NCBI GenBank assembly: GCA_024233835.1 | Contig: JACKPC010000001.1 | Coordinates: 1,413,442 to 1,477,441, forward strand | Length of the DNA stretch: 64,000 bases | Origin: Leptospiraceae bacterium | Lineage (GTDB): Bacteria; Spirochaetota; Leptospiria; Leptospirales; Leptospiraceae | Reading direction: 5' to 3' | Shown: piece after piece, positions 50,396 to 61,652 of the stretch | How the letters are laid out: every line of letters starts with the position of its first letter | Position numbering within the stretch: position 1 is the first letter of the stretch | Made by a program: the position numbers and the translations under genes | The notes under the pieces: generated by a model | What the model was told of the DNA's origin: nothing | The model's input: only the letters and a program-made list of their open reading frames with translations | The model's database searches: none

Positions 50396-52521
50396 TGGAT
50401 AAAAAATGGTATATGCAATCAGATGTGATTATGGGGATAGGGGCTATCTCTATTGTTGCAATGTTGATTATCCCTCTTCCGGGCTTTCTTCTGGATATCC
50501 TGATTGTGGTGAGTCTTGCGATGGGGCTTCTGATTCTTTTAACGTCTATGTCTGTGAAAGAAGCTTCGGACTTTTCTATTTTTCCTAACCTACTATTAAT
50601 AACAACCCTGTTTCGACTTGCCCTGAACGTATCTACTACACGGCAAATTTTAACCCAGGGAGCCAGTTTCAATAGCCATATTATAGATGCGTTCGGTACC
50701 TTCGTAATCGGTGGGGGAACGGGCCTATCCAAGTATATGGTCGGATTTATTATCTTTTTAATTCTTACTATCGTTCAGATTATCGTGATCACAAAAGGTG
50801 CCACTCGTATTTCGGAAGTAGCTGCCAGGTTTACTCTGGATGCCTTGCCAGGAAAGCAGATGGCCATTGATACAGAACTTTCAAGTGGAAATATTACAGA
50901 AGAAGAAGCGAAAGAGCGAAGGAAAAAAGTTCAGAGAGAAGTCGATTTTTATGGAGCCATGGATGGTGCGAGTAAGTTCGTGCAGGGGGATGTTCGTGCG
51001 GGCTTGATTATTACCGCCATTAATCTTTTGGGTGGAATTATTATCGGAACTTCGATCCGCAACGAATCTTTCGTCGTGGCCATTCAAAATTACGGCAAAT
51101 TTACCATTGGGGATGGTCTCGTATCCCAGATTCCGGCTCTTCTGGCCACAACAGCGACCGGTATGATTGTTACCCGTGCAGGTTCGGATAAGGCTCTGGC
51201 TACCGAGTTCAAAGACCAGCTTTTTACAAAACCCAAGATTCTCTATGTTATCGCGGGAAGCTTATTTTTTGCCGGGTTTATTCCGGGTTTACCTTTTTTT
51301 ACCCTTCTCTTTTTCGCACTGTCATTTGCTTATCTGGCCTATACGATTGAGAAAAACGCAGAAGAAACCCTTGCCAACATTGAGAAGGCGAAGAGTGAAA
51401 CCAAAAGTCAGGAAGAGAAAAAACCGGATTATTACAAAGAACTCCGTACAGATCCCATTGAAGTGGAACTGGGCCTTAATCTGGTACCTCTCGTAGATAC
51501 GAATCAGGGTGGAGTTTTACTGGATCAGATTTCCAATCTACGTAAACGATTTGCTGTGGATATAGGCCTTGTAATACCTGCGGTTCGAATTCTGGATAAC
51601 CTCGAACTGGATCACGATTCCTATGCAATTAAAATCAATGGAATTGTAGTAGGAAGTAGTAAGGTGAAAGCCGGTAAATTAATGGCTCTCGATACTGCCG
51701 GAAAAGTGCAGGAAAAGATTACCGGTGAAGAGTTTATAGAGCCTACCTTCGGATATAAGGCTCTCTGGATAGACCCGGCAGATAAAATTGAGGCAGAGAA
51801 TACAGGTTATACGGTAGTCGATCCATCTACTGTAATCGTAACCCACTTGAAAGAGCTTATCTCCAACCATGCGGCCTCTTTACTGGGAAGAGAAGAAGTG
51901 AAAAACCTTCTGGAACACGTTCGGGCTACTCATCCTACTCTTGTGGGAGAACTGGAAGAAAAAAAAGTGGGTCTGGGTGTTATTCAGCAGGTTCTGCAAA
52001 ATTTACTTAAAGAAGGCCTGGGAATTCGTAATATAGTTTCCATTCTCGAGTCGATTGCGAATAGTGATTCGAGGGATTCGTATTTCTTATCTGAAAATGC
52101 GAGGCAGGCTATATCCCGTCAGATTGTGAGCGATTATTTACATCATGATGGAAAACTTCATGTGGTTACTCTTGACCATAAAATAACAGAGCGTTTGAGT
52201 AAAAATATAGTAATGGATCCGATAGAGGGGAGCTTGATTTCAATATCCCCTGAGTTTCATAATCGGCTTTTGGAACTGGTAATAAAAGAATATAGTCGCT
52301 GTCATGGCGAGGGAAAATTCCCAATTTTTGTGGTAGGAAGGGTGCTTCGTTTGCCTTTCTCTTATATGCTAGCAAAAGAATTACCTCCCCGGAATTTTGC
52401 AGTTCTGGCGGTTGAGGAGATTCATTCTTCGGTTAAAACCCAGATTGATGCTTCTATCAGCATGAATTTACCGGAACCCGGACAAAAGGTCAGTACAACT
52501 ACCACTTATGTAGGACAATAG
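50392..52521 (+). CDS. flhA: Flagellar biosynthesis protein FlhA
   Basis: 709 aa. Conserved FlhA segments ([45 protein letters not shown]) and a large cytoplasmic C-terminal domain. Confidence 0.93.
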   Translation: MMDKKWYMQSDVIMGIGAISIVAMLIIPLPGFLLDILIVVSLAMGLLILLTSMSVKEASDFSIFPNLLLITTLFRLALNVSTTRQILTQGASFNSHIIDAFGTFVIGGGTGLSKYMVGFIIFLILTIVQIIVITKGATRISEVAARFTLDALPGKQMAIDTELSSGNITEEEAKERRKKVQREVDFYGAMDGASKFVQGDVRAGLIITAINLLGGIIIGTSIRNESFVVAIQNYGKFTIGDGLVSQIPALLATTATGMIVTRAGSDKALATEFKDQLFTKPKILYVIAGSLFFAGFIPGLPFFTLLFFALSFAYLAYTIEKNAEETLANIEKAKSETKSQEEKKPDYYKELRTDPIEVELGLNLVPLVDTNQGGVLLDQISNLRKRFAVDIGLVIPAVRILDNLELDHDSYAIKINGIVVGSSKVKAGKLMALDTAGKVQEKITGEEFIEPTFGYKALWIDPADKIEAENTGYTVVDPSTVIVTHLKELISNHAASLLGREEVKNLLEHVRATHPTLVGELEEKKVGLGVIQQVLQNLLKEGLGIRNIVSILESIANSDSRDSYFLSENARQAISRQIVSDYLHHDGKLHVVTLDHKITERLSKNIVMDPIEGSLISISPEFHNRLLELVIKEYSRCHGEGKFPIFVVGRVLRLPFSYMLAKELPPRNFAVLAVEEIHSSVKTQIDASISMNLPEPGQKVSTTTTYVGQ

Positions 52522-52549
52522 TATTTATTCAGAGATATAGAGGAAAAAA

Positions 52550-53830
52550 ATGGACTTTGTTAAAATTAGAGGCAAGGATATTCAGGATTGCTTCATGCAA
52601 ATGAAAATGAAATATGGACCGGAGGCTCATGTGTATGACCAGAGAGTAATTTCGGAAGGGGGCTTGTTTGGTACTAAATTCCTCGCTAAAAAAACCTATG
52701 AAATTGCTATCGGTATTCCGGAGCAGCAAACTTCTAAAGATAGAGTAGAGAAGAAACTACAGGATCTAAAAGAATTACTACGACAAAAAACCGGTGCTGA
52801 GCCAAAGAAAAAAAATTTAGGTGATATGAAGCCTCTGGCCAGAGAAACGGATCCGGGATCTGGAGAAGAGGAGGATGCGCCCGGAAAACATTTTTATATT
52901 TCTAATAACCTTCAATCTCGAAAAGATGCTCTGCATCCACTTAAAGATGAAGTTCTCAATAAGCCAGGAAACCTGGATAATCTGAGAGAATTTGATTCGA
53001 TTCATCTTTATCGTCTAAAAGAAAGGCTTTGTTCGGAAGGGATGAGTCAGGATTATGTATTTGAAATTATTCATAAAGCTGAAAAACACCTGTCTTTTAT
53101 AGAAAAATCGAAGAATGCTGTTGTAATTGAGAAAACAGCTAAAATTCTGGAGGAAAGAGTCAGTGTTGATACGGATTTACTTTCCGGAGTGGGCAGGGGC
53201 AGAAGGAAAATAATCTTTTTTGTTGGGCCTACCGGCAGTGGAAAAACTACCACAATCGCTAAATTAGCTGCAAAATACTTCTTACACCAGAATCGTCTTG
53301 TTTCCCTGTATTCTACCGATAATTACCGAATTGCAGCGATTGAGCAGTTAAAGAGATATGCCGATACAATGGATATACCTTTTTATACTGTAAAGGATAT
53401 TCGTAAGTTTAAGGAAAACTTACAGAGAGATGGTTCTGAGTTGATATTGATTGATACGGCAGGCTATAGCCATAAAAATCCGGACTTCCACGCAAAAATG
53501 AAGGCATTCAGTGAAGCTTTCGGGGAAAAAGACGATGTTGAGAATATACTGGTTTTATCCTCAACTGTTTCCTATAATAATGCAAAATCGGTTATGGAAG
53601 CGTATGAAAACTTGGACTACAAGCGTCTAATACTAACAAAATTGGATGAAACGGAGTATGTAGGTCCCTTTATGGAACTTGCAGATATAAAGAATAAAGC
53701 ATTTACTTATTTCAGCACCGGACAGGAAGTTCCTTTTGACATAATTCCCGCTTCAAAAGCACTTCTGGCAGATGTGATAGTTCATCCGGAAAAGATGAAG
53801 GATATTAAGGGAGAGGTTTTTTCAGTATAA
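52550..53830 (+). CDS. flhF: Flagellar biosynthesis GTPase FlhF (SRP-type)
   Basis: SRP-GTPase G-boxes: [18 protein letters not shown] (G1), DTAG (G3), TKLDET (G4). Position after flhA. Confidence 0.85.
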   Translation: MDFVKIRGKDIQDCFMQMKMKYGPEAHVYDQRVISEGGLFGTKFLAKKTYEIAIGIPEQQTSKDRVEKKLQDLKELLRQKTGAEPKKKNLGDMKPLARETDPGSGEEEDAPGKHFYISNNLQSRKDALHPLKDEVLNKPGNLDNLREFDSIHLYRLKERLCSEGMSQDYVFEIIHKAEKHLSFIEKSKNAVVIEKTAKILEERVSVDTDLLSGVGRGRRKIIFFVGPTGSGKTTTIAKLAAKYFLHQNRLVSLYSTDNYRIAAIEQLKRYADTMDIPFYTVKDIRKFKENLQRDGSELILIDTAGYSHKNPDFHAKMKAFSEAFGEKDDVENILVLSSTVSYNNAKSVMEAYENLDYKRLILTKLDETEYVGPFMELADIKNKAFTYFSTGQEVPFDIIPASKALLADVIVHPEKMKDIKGEVFSV

Positions 53831-53844
53831 GATTTCCGGGTAGT

Positions 53845-54759
53845 ATGATGGATCAAGCAGAAGGACTTAGAAAATTAAGAGAGTTTAGAGAAGCCAGAAA
53901 TACCGCTCTGAGTGAAAGGCCTAAGAGTACGGTGATTGGAATCGCTTCCGGAAAAGGAGGGGTAGGAAAGTCTACTATCTCTATCAATCTCGCTATTTCT
54001 ATGGCCAGAGAGGGCAAAAAAGTTCTCGTATTTGACGGGGATTTGGGTCTGGCAAATGTCAATGTGCTACTGGGGATTATTCCAAGATTTAATTTACTGC
54101 ATGTAATTAAAGGTCATAAAACCCTGCGGGAAGTGATTGTACAAACTACCGAGGGAATCGACATCATTCCCGGTGCAAATGGATATACACAGCTGGCTGA
54201 TCTGGATTCAACTGAAAGAAATCAATTAATCCGAAAGTTTGGAGAAATTGGTGAGGATTATGATTTCATCATCATCGATACAGGAGCCGGAATTGGAGCC
54301 AATGTTATGGGACTTTTGACCTCGGCTAAAGAGCTTTTAGTGATAACCACTCCGGATCCCACTTCCATTACAGATGCTTACGGACTTATCAAATCGGTAC
54401 TCCTATACGATAGGGATAAGAAAATTCAACTGGTGATAAACCGTGTTCGTAACGATGAAGAAGGGAATAAAGTTGCCTCAAGGCTAATAAATATAACTTC
54501 TAAATTTATAGGAGTCAATATAAGTTGTATAGGTATGGTTTATCTTGATGATGAGGTTGAGTTAAGTGCAAGAAAACAAAAACCTTTTATTTCTCTATTT
54601 CCGAAGAGCAAGGCTTCAGCCTGTGTAAATGCAATCAAAAATCGTATTTTAGAAATGGATGAGGACGAAGATTCCGAATTCAGGATTGGGGATTTTTTTA
54701 AAAAATTCTTTAATTTCCTTGATAGTAAAGATAAGGAATATAAAAAAAAGGTAATATAA
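53845..54759 (+). CDS. flhG: MinD/ParA-family ATPase FlhG (YlxH/FleN)
   Basis: Deviant Walker A GIASGKGGVGKST. Position after flhF. Confidence 0.8.
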   Translation: MMDQAEGLRKLREFREARNTALSERPKSTVIGIASGKGGVGKSTISINLAISMAREGKKVLVFDGDLGLANVNVLLGIIPRFNLLHVIKGHKTLREVIVQTTEGIDIIPGANGYTQLADLDSTERNQLIRKFGEIGEDYDFIIIDTGAGIGANVMGLLTSAKELLVITTPDPTSITDAYGLIKSVLLYDRDKKIQLVINRVRNDEEGNKVASRLINITSKFIGVNISCIGMVYLDDEVELSARKQKPFISLFPKSKASACVNAIKNRILEMDEDEDSEFRIGDFFKKFFNFLDSKDKEYKKKVI

Positions 54760-54814
54760 AGGTAAGATTCTGCAAATTAAGTTCATCATATTTCTTTCTG
54801 TCCTGGCCTTTATC

Positions 54815-55237
54815 GTGAGTTCTCTCTGTGGTTTTTCTGTTGGAAATCATGCAGGTTATGTTTTGATGGTGGCTCTCCTGGCTGCTATGATTTTTGCCGC
54901 TCTCGGATTTTTAATCTATTTTTTTATGCAAAGAAATGTTCCCGAAGTTATCGACTTTTTTGAGGGCACTTCCCATGCGAGGGGAATGGGTGAGGAATCC
55001 TTTTCTTCCGAGGATTCAGAACCTGATTATTCCGCACAGTCAGATAAGGGATTTAATCTTGAAGAAGAAACAGGAAAATTTGCTTCCTCGGAAGAATCTA
55101 CTCCGGAACCTGTAAGACCTAAAAAACCGGATGGTAACTACGGAGACCATATAATCGTTGATAATGTTCCAATTCGAAACGAACCCAAGTTGATGGCAGA
55201 AGCGATTCGGACTATGATGGCAAATGATTCCGAATAA
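54815..55237 (+). CDS. Small membrane-anchored acidic protein of unknown function
   Basis: 140-aa ORF (true start may be the internal Met of MVALLAAMIFAALGFLIYFF). One TM then a Glu/Ser/Asp-rich tail. Located between flhG and fliA. Confidence 0.35.
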   Translation: MSSLCGFSVGNHAGYVLMVALLAAMIFAALGFLIYFFMQRNVPEVIDFFEGTSHARGMGEESFSSEDSEPDYSAQSDKGFNLEEETGKFASSEESTPEPVRPKKPDGNYGDHIIVDNVPIRNEPKLMAEAIRTMMANDSE

Positions 55238-55488
55238 AAAAATTGATTGTACAAATTTACCTTTTAAATTTACTATTAAAATATCCTGATAAAACCTGAG
55301 TGCAGGACATGAGGATTTTCCTAAAAATTAGGAAGGTCTACAAATTTTTTGATTATTTTTGCTACATAATATAAAAAAAAGACTATCCTTTTTTTTTATA
55401 TTCAATAAGGTAGATGTGAATTTGTTATCTGCACTCTAAGAGATAAATACAAGAAAATCGGGGTTTCTATAAGAGAGTCAGAGTAAGT

Positions 55489-56289
55489 ATGTCCAAATTA
55501 TTAGAGAAATATAACCAGATTGATGAAATGTCCCTTTGGAGAGAATACAGGGCAACTAAGAGGGGAGAGATACGTGATTATCTTGTAGAGAAATATTCTC
55601 CTCTTGTGAAGCATGTTGCCGGTAGGGTAGCTATTGGAATGCCCCAGAATGTTGAATTTGATGATCTGGTGAGCTATGGAATCTTTGGACTTTTAGATGC
55701 GATTGAAAAGTTCGATCCCAACCGTGAAATTAAGTTTAAGACCTATGCCATGACGAGAATACGGGGAAGTATTTTTGATGAACTTCGTTCCGTAGACTGG
55801 ATTCCTCGTTCTATTCGTCAGAAAGCCAAGCAACTCGAACAAATTATCGGAATGCTGGAGAACAAAGAAGGTCAAACAGTAGATGATGAGGCCATTGCTC
55901 GCGAATTAGGGGTCTCCATGAGTGAGTATTCATCCTTACTTACCAAAATTAGCGGCACATCTTTAGTATCCTTAAATGATATCTGGTTTCTGGGTGATGA
56001 GAATGATGAAGTTTCTTTTATGGAAACACTGGAATCTCCACAAAACCTGAATCCGGATGTCATTATAGAAAAAGAGGAAATAAAAAATATTATCGTGGAA
56101 GCCATCAAGACCCTTCCTGATAAAGAAAAAAAAGTTATCGTACTTTACTACTACGAAGATCTGACTCTAAAAGAGATCGGAGAAGTTTTAGAAGTCACCG
56201 AGTCCCGGATTTCTCAACTTCACACTAAAGCCGTGATGAGACTGCGCGGAAAATTAAGCAAAGTAAAGTCAGTAGTTACCAGAAAATAA
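55489..56289 (+). CDS. fliA: Flagellar RNA polymerase sigma factor FliA (sigma-28)
   Basis: Sigma-70 family regions 2 ([17 protein letters not shown]...[18 protein letters not shown]), 3 and 4 ([29 protein letters not shown]). 266 aa. Follows the flhF-flhG genes as in other bacteria. Confidence 0.85.
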   Translation: MSKLLEKYNQIDEMSLWREYRATKRGEIRDYLVEKYSPLVKHVAGRVAIGMPQNVEFDDLVSYGIFGLLDAIEKFDPNREIKFKTYAMTRIRGSIFDELRSVDWIPRSIRQKAKQLEQIIGMLENKEGQTVDDEAIARELGVSMSEYSSLLTKISGTSLVSLNDIWFLGDENDEVSFMETLESPQNLNPDVIIEKEEIKNIIVEAIKTLPDKEKKVIVLYYYEDLTLKEIGEVLEVTESRISQLHTKAVMRLRGKLSKVKSVVTRK

Positions 56290-56322
56290 GGCGAACTTTT
56301 AGGTTCGCTTCCTTTCTTTTTT
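56290..56322 (+). terminator. Rho-independent terminator after fliA
   Basis: GGCGAAC-TTTTAG-GTTCGC stem-loop followed by TTCCTTTCTTTTTT. Confidence 0.6.
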
Positions 56323-56391
56323 AAAAAACTTTAATCTATAGAGAATGAATGGACAGATACTTTCAGGTATAAGCTAGTTCCATTTATCACT

Positions 56392-58173
56392 ATGAAACAA
56401 TTCTATCCATTTTTTTTTCGTTTTAAACGAACTAAGCTCTTTGATTATTTTTGTTATGCTGGCCTGGCTTTCTTTTCAGCCCTTTCTTTTGCTCCCTATG
56501 GACTCAGTCATTTCGTCTGGTTCGTTCCCTTTTTCCTTTTTGCTGTCGAGGCTAAATACAGAGGGCAATATAAGAAACTTCTTTTTAAGGGGATGGGCTT
56601 TTCTCTTTTTTTTACGAGTTTTTCTTTTTACTGGCTTATATACATGTTTGTTGTGTTTGGTGGTTTGCCGGTTTTTATAGCTTTACCTTTATTTTTCCTG
56701 TATGCTTCTATAGCTTCTTTCAAATTCCCAGTTTTTTTAATTCTGTATTCTTTTTTAAGAAAAAAAATAGGGCGAAATATTTTTCTTGCCGGTTTTGCTA
56801 TTTTAATATCTGAATTATTTATTTATCAGCTTTTCCCCTGGCATTTTGGAAACCTGATCGCCGGAAACCTAATATTCGCACAGACTGTTGAAGTTTTCGG
56901 AGTCTACGGGCTTTCTTTTTTAGTTTTCATCGTTTCTTTTTATCTATATACTTTTTCTCCCTTTATTTTTCGATTACTTCATAGAAAGAAGACTTGGCTA
57001 AATTTCTTTAAACAACATCGATTATTTACTTTTAGTATTCCTCTTATGTTGCTCGGTTTTTTTCTTTTAGGTTCGGGTTTGTTTCTATATTGGGAAAAAC
57101 AACAACCCACAAAATATGTGGATGTGATGATGATTCAACCTGATGCTCCATTAGAATTTAGAGATGGACGAAGCATTGAAGAAAGTATGGAAATTCTATT
57201 TAAACGAATTGAAAAATTGGCGAAAAAAGGGGGGGAAGGAGATACTCATCCCGATTTAATCGTGCTTCCTGAATCAGCTGTTCCTTTTTTTTCTGCGCAT
57301 AATACGAAAGCTACCAATTCTTTTTTTCCCAGTTATTGGTATCGTTTTGAAGCTCTTATCTTTCTTTTAAACCAGAGATTTAAGGCAAATGTTTATTTCA
57401 ATGAAATCGATAGCTTTTTTGTAAATGGAAAGGCTGAAGCAAAAAACCATCGTTCTTACAATCATTCAGTTTTGTATGATCCAAACGGGGAACGGAAAAA
57501 TTCATATGCTAAATCTTATTTACTTGCTTTCGGAGAATACATTCCCCTTGGAGAAACTTTTGAGTTTTTGTATTCTATTATACCGCAGGTCGGACGATTT
57601 TTACCCGGCGATAAACAGGAACTCATTTCCTATTACAGACCTTTAACAAAGCGTACCTCTTTTTCTAAGTCACATATTAATTGGATAGAAACAAAACCGA
57701 TGACTATGTCGTATTTAAAGGATTACTACCGGGATAATAATGTGGAATTAAAAGAAGAAGGAAAATTTCTTCCCCTTATTTGTTATGAGGTAATAATTCC
57801 TGAGTTTGTGCGTAAGTTTGCAAAAGCCGGTGCTCCCGATTTTATTGTAAATATCACCAATGATAAGTGGTACGGAAGGACTGTAGAGTCCTATCAGCAT
57901 ATGGATTTGGCCAGACTACGTTCTATTGAATTTCGCAGGTGGATGGTTCGTTCAACAAATTCCGGAACTTCTACATTTGTCGATCATCTTGGAAGAATTG
58001 TGGATAATAAGTTTACAGATATCTTATCTTCCGATGTATACAGGCATAAGGTAGGTGTTTTACAGTCCGGTTCTACATTTTATATGCTTTTTGGAAATGC
58101 AATATCATACATTTTTCTTTTTGTATTTACAATCTATACACTTATAAAAATATTTAAGAAACAAGATAGATAA
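56392..58173 (+). CDS. lnt: Apolipoprotein N-acyltransferase
   Basis: N-terminal polytopic domain plus C-terminal CN-hydrolase domain with catalytic Cys in LICYEVIIPEF, and E/K partners upstream. 593 aa. Confidence 0.8.
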   Translation: MKQFYPFFFRFKRTKLFDYFCYAGLAFFSALSFAPYGLSHFVWFVPFFLFAVEAKYRGQYKKLLFKGMGFSLFFTSFSFYWLIYMFVVFGGLPVFIALPLFFLYASIASFKFPVFLILYSFLRKKIGRNIFLAGFAILISELFIYQLFPWHFGNLIAGNLIFAQTVEVFGVYGLSFLVFIVSFYLYTFSPFIFRLLHRKKTWLNFFKQHRLFTFSIPLMLLGFFLLGSGLFLYWEKQQPTKYVDVMMIQPDAPLEFRDGRSIEESMEILFKRIEKLAKKGGEGDTHPDLIVLPESAVPFFSAHNTKATNSFFPSYWYRFEALIFLLNQRFKANVYFNEIDSFFVNGKAEAKNHRSYNHSVLYDPNGERKNSYAKSYLLAFGEYIPLGETFEFLYSIIPQVGRFLPGDKQELISYYRPLTKRTSFSKSHINWIETKPMTMSYLKDYYRDNNVELKEEGKFLPLICYEVIIPEFVRKFAKAGAPDFIVNITNDKWYGRTVESYQHMDLARLRSIEFRRWMVRSTNSGTSTFVDHLGRIVDNKFTDILSSDVYRHKVGVLQSGSTFYMLFGNAISYIFLFVFTIYTLIKIFKKQDR

Positions 58174-58182
58174 GGTGATAAC

Positions 58183-60018
58183 ATGAAATTTTTTCTTAGA
58201 CTAACAGGCTTACTTTTTTTGACTTTTTTTATGGTGTCTGGCCTTTTAGGGGAAGAGCCTAAGGATACCGGGACTAAGCCACCTGCTAAAGAAACCGAAA
58301 AGCCCAATGAAAAGGAAGATACAGTTCCCAGTGATTATTCCATTGAATACTTTGCAGTGAGGGATCTTTCAAAAAACTACTACTGGGTTTCCGTTCTCGG
58401 TAAAAATCCGAAGAAGATGATCGCAGAATTAAACGGTGAAGGGGATCATGGAAAAGAGGGACATGATGCTAAAAAAGCCATGATTCCCTTCCGTATTCAA
58501 ATTGGTTCAGTAAAAACAGATGTAATCAGGGGAACCGCTGAATCAGATCCGGACAATCCGGAACTGGTAAATTTTCAGGTTATCGCTTACCATAATATTA
58601 AAGAAACCGGAAGAGTAACGGTACAGCTATATAAACTGGATAAGGATTATGAGTCAGTAGTAGCCGAAACTTTCTATGAAGTAGAAACGGGCGATGATGG
58701 TCCTGACAAGCAACCTCTCATTGATAAACTGGATCCTAAGGGAGGAGCAGAAGGTGCTACCGTTACAGTTGTGGGGAAAAATTTTGGTGAGGATATTGAT
58801 GATATAAGTATTGAGTTTGTTGAGAACGAGCCTTATGTCAACGATGATGGTCTGACTTTTGAACGCTTTATTACTGATCTGAAACCTTTCTATCTTTCGA
58901 AACCGGAAAAGGGAGTGCAGACTCTGAAGTTTTCTATCCCGGTAGGAAGAAATCTTTTACAGGATCAACCTGATACAAGAGGTAATAAGAAAGTCATTAT
59001 ATTTCGTAACCAGGTAAAAATCAGGGTAATTGTAAAAGGAAGACCTTCTGATTATAATACACTCAGTATTTTACCACCTACCTGGAAGATACGCACCGGT
59101 TTTTTAAGTATCGTAGTAATGCTTATTATTCTGGGAATTATTGCCTTTATTATGAAACGCTGGAATTACTATGAAATGATTTTACTGGAAAGCACTACGA
59201 ATACCTATAGTCTTTCCCGGTTTCAGGCTGCCTCCTGGACCATTGTTTTGATGGGTGCTTATTTTTATCTTGCTATCAGTCACGGACTTTTGCTTCGAAA
59301 CGGGCAGATACCGGACTTTAATTCTTCCCTTCTTATCTTACTTTCTATCAGTTACGGTGGGCTTTTAACCTCTCATACCCTCGGTAATAAAAAGACCAAG
59401 AATGAGAGAAGTGATACACCTCCGGCATTGAGTAACCTTATTATGGAAGGGGGTGTTATCAGTCTTCCGAGGCTACAGATGTTTGGTTTTACTATAGTCT
59501 CAATTATCATTTACCTATATACTTTATATACTTCAAATCTATTACTCGGACTTCCTGATATGCCACCTACACTTTTAAGTCTTTTAGGCGTGAGTCAGGG
59601 TGGATACCTGGGTGGTAAGGTGATGAGTGATTCGGTGAGAATTAATATCGTAACTCCTCCAAAAGTTGACTTGAGTGAAACGGATATAGCTGTAAATTTA
59701 GTGGGAAGTGGTTTTGTGGATGGAACTCAGGTAATGTTTGAGGGTCTTTCTCCGGTGCCTGCTAAATTTGAAAATCCAAATAACATAAGTTTCGTTGTTC
59801 CCAAATTTAAGAGAGCCGGGAAAAAGACTCTGGTCTTAATACCTCCTACAGGTTCCACAGTAACCGTGCAGGAGGCCCTGGAAGTGTTTGAAGGTCTGGA
59901 AGGAAGTGCTGAAGATTCCAACGATGAAGTTGGAACCTATAGCACAGAGCCTATAGACGATTCCTCACTCGAAGACGAAACTGCGGGCCATAACTTCGAT
60001 ACCGAAGAAAAAGCCTGA
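58183..60018 (+). CDS. Membrane protein with signal peptide, two IPT/TIG-like Ig-fold segments, about 4 central TM helices and acidic C-terminus. Function unknown
   Basis: IPT-like segments KLDPKGGAEGATVTVVGKNFG and IVTPPKVDLSETDIAVNLVGSGFVDGTQVMFEG. TM cluster at aa 300-470. 10-bp gap after lnt. Confidence 0.5.
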   Translation: MKFFLRLTGLLFLTFFMVSGLLGEEPKDTGTKPPAKETEKPNEKEDTVPSDYSIEYFAVRDLSKNYYWVSVLGKNPKKMIAELNGEGDHGKEGHDAKKAMIPFRIQIGSVKTDVIRGTAESDPDNPELVNFQVIAYHNIKETGRVTVQLYKLDKDYESVVAETFYEVETGDDGPDKQPLIDKLDPKGGAEGATVTVVGKNFGEDIDDISIEFVENEPYVNDDGLTFERFITDLKPFYLSKPEKGVQTLKFSIPVGRNLLQDQPDTRGNKKVIIFRNQVKIRVIVKGRPSDYNTLSILPPTWKIRTGFLSIVVMLIILGIIAFIMKRWNYYEMILLESTTNTYSLSRFQAASWTIVLMGAYFYLAISHGLLLRNGQIPDFNSSLLILLSISYGGLLTSHTLGNKKTKNERSDTPPALSNLIMEGGVISLPRLQMFGFTIVSIIIYLYTLYTSNLLLGLPDMPPTLLSLLGVSQGGYLGGKVMSDSVRINIVTPPKVDLSETDIAVNLVGSGFVDGTQVMFEGLSPVPAKFENPNNISFVVPKFKRAGKKTLVLIPPTGSTVTVQEALEVFEGLEGSAEDSNDEVGTYSTEPIDDSSLEDETAGHNFDTEEKA

Positions 60019-60019
60019 T

Positions 60020-61564
60020 TTATTTCTGTTCAGACTCTTTAGCTGCTGCTAAGGAGTCTTTGTTTTTTTTATCTTCTCTCTTTTCTCTTGGCCCCTGTCT
60101 CTGGGACCTGTTATGCGATTCTCTTTTTTCACCACCTGTTTTTTCGGATTCCGCAGAATTTCTTGGCTTATTTCCACTTTTCACAACCCTTTTTTTTACA
60201 GATTTTTTATGACCTGAGTTATGGGTTTTTGATTTATGGGTTTTTTGCTGATTGCTTCTGGGGGGTTTCTTACGGGAACTCTGTTCTTCCGAAGAAGAGG
60301 TTACAGCAGAGGAGATTTCCCAGTAAAGAGCTTTTTGAAGTGCATCTTCATCCGTTTCTGCCATAGCATTGATCTTGAAGAGCATGAAAGCTTCATAGAA
60401 AAAGTCTTTATTTCTAAATACTTCTGAATGTGCCTTGTTGCGGTCTTCTGATTTAAAAAATCTTTGCTGACTGGCGAAAACTTTTACAATTTTTTCCCTT
60501 TCCCTTCTGGGGTGTTCAAGCTTTAAAAAAATGGGTTCAAGGGTTGTTTTAATCGTTTGAATCATATTTTTTGAGCTATCACCTTTTAGAGCTTCATTTA
60601 CGATGTCTGAGAATAGGATAGAGTAGAAGATAGTTGAATTTATTTCCTCACGTTCACTGAGCAGGCGGTCTGCAATAGCAAGTCTTTTACCAACAGAAGT
60701 CTCCAGGAAATCTTCTCTCCAATTGGTTTGCCTTTTTACGTGTTCTAACGCTTCGGAAAACAGAACATCTAAAAGAAAGTTTTCTGCGAGTCCTTTAAAG
60801 ATCTCGGAGGCTTTCCATGTTCTGAATATCTTGTTATATTCTTCGAGCATTCTTGAAGTTGAGGCTTTGAGGATCTCAAAGCGATTCTTTTTCAAAGCTT
60901 TCTGGGTGGCTTTGTCAATCTCAAGTCCGTGAATTTTAGCAAATTTGACTGCTCGAAGCATTCTTACCGGGTCTTCTTTGAAAGAAATGTCCGGATCCCC
61001 AATTACTTTTAGAATTTTTGCCTGTATATCATCGTATCCTCCCACAAAATCTATAATGGATTCATTTCTGAGGTCGAAATAAAGGGAATTAATTGTAAAA
61101 TCCCTTCTGGCTGCATCTTCTTTAGGGTTTCCGTAGTTGTTGTCCTTCCGTAAAAGGTAATCTTTGTTGCCTTCCGGTTTCTCTAAACGGTGATCCGGTA
61201 GAGAACGGAAAGTCGAAACCTCGATAATCTTGTTCTTGAATATAACATGAACAATTTTAAACCTTCGGCCAACGATCCTGCAATTGTTAAAGATATTTTT
61301 TAATTGATTAGGAGTCGCACTGGTCACAATATCGAAATCCTTGGGCTTGCGACCGAGAAGTATATCCCGAACGCAACCACCTACTAAGAATGACTTATGA
61401 CCGAACTTCGAAAGCCGATAGATTATCTTTTGAACGTCTTCGTCGATATGGTTTTTTCGAATTATGTGAGAATCTCTATAGTATCTCTTTCCCTCCGGAA
61501 AGAGTAGAATATTATCTACTGTCGGAGTTTTTTTCTTAAAAAGATCTGAGATTATCTTAAACAT
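60020..61564 (-). CDS. pcnB: Poly(A) polymerase I-like / tRNA nucleotidyltransferase-family protein with Lys/Arg-rich C-terminal tail
   Basis: Nucleotidyltransferase head motif [20 protein letters not shown]...RRDFTINSL. 514 aa with basic C-terminal extension as in PcnB. Confidence 0.7.
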   Translation of the reverse strand: MFKIISDLFKKKTPTVDNILLFPEGKRYYRDSHIIRKNHIDEDVQKIIYRLSKFGHKSFLVGGCVRDILLGRKPKDFDIVTSATPNQLKNIFNNCRIVGRRFKIVHVIFKNKIIEVSTFRSLPDHRLEKPEGNKDYLLRKDNNYGNPKEDAARRDFTINSLYFDLRNESIIDFVGGYDDIQAKILKVIGDPDISFKEDPVRMLRAVKFAKIHGLEIDKATQKALKKNRFEILKASTSRMLEEYNKIFRTWKASEIFKGLAENFLLDVLFSEALEHVKRQTNWREDFLETSVGKRLAIADRLLSEREEINSTIFYSILFSDIVNEALKGDSSKNMIQTIKTTLEPIFLKLEHPRREREKIVKVFASQQRFFKSEDRNKAHSEVFRNKDFFYEAFMLFKINAMAETDEDALQKALYWEISSAVTSSSEEQSSRKKPPRSNQQKTHKSKTHNSGHKKSVKKRVVKSGNKPRNSAESEKTGGEKRESHNRSQRQGPREKREDKKNKDSLAAAKESEQK

Positions 61565-61652
61565 AGGTATTGCTATGGTGTTTATTTTCTGGAAAAGATC
61601 AACAACAAATTGACATATATCATATCTCTTTTTTAATAATCAAAGGTGCGGT

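Noticed and set aside
50358-50732. 124-aa minus-strand ORF spanning the flhB/flhA junction
   Set aside because: Antisense to conserved flhA N-terminal TM coding sequence. Taken as spurious.
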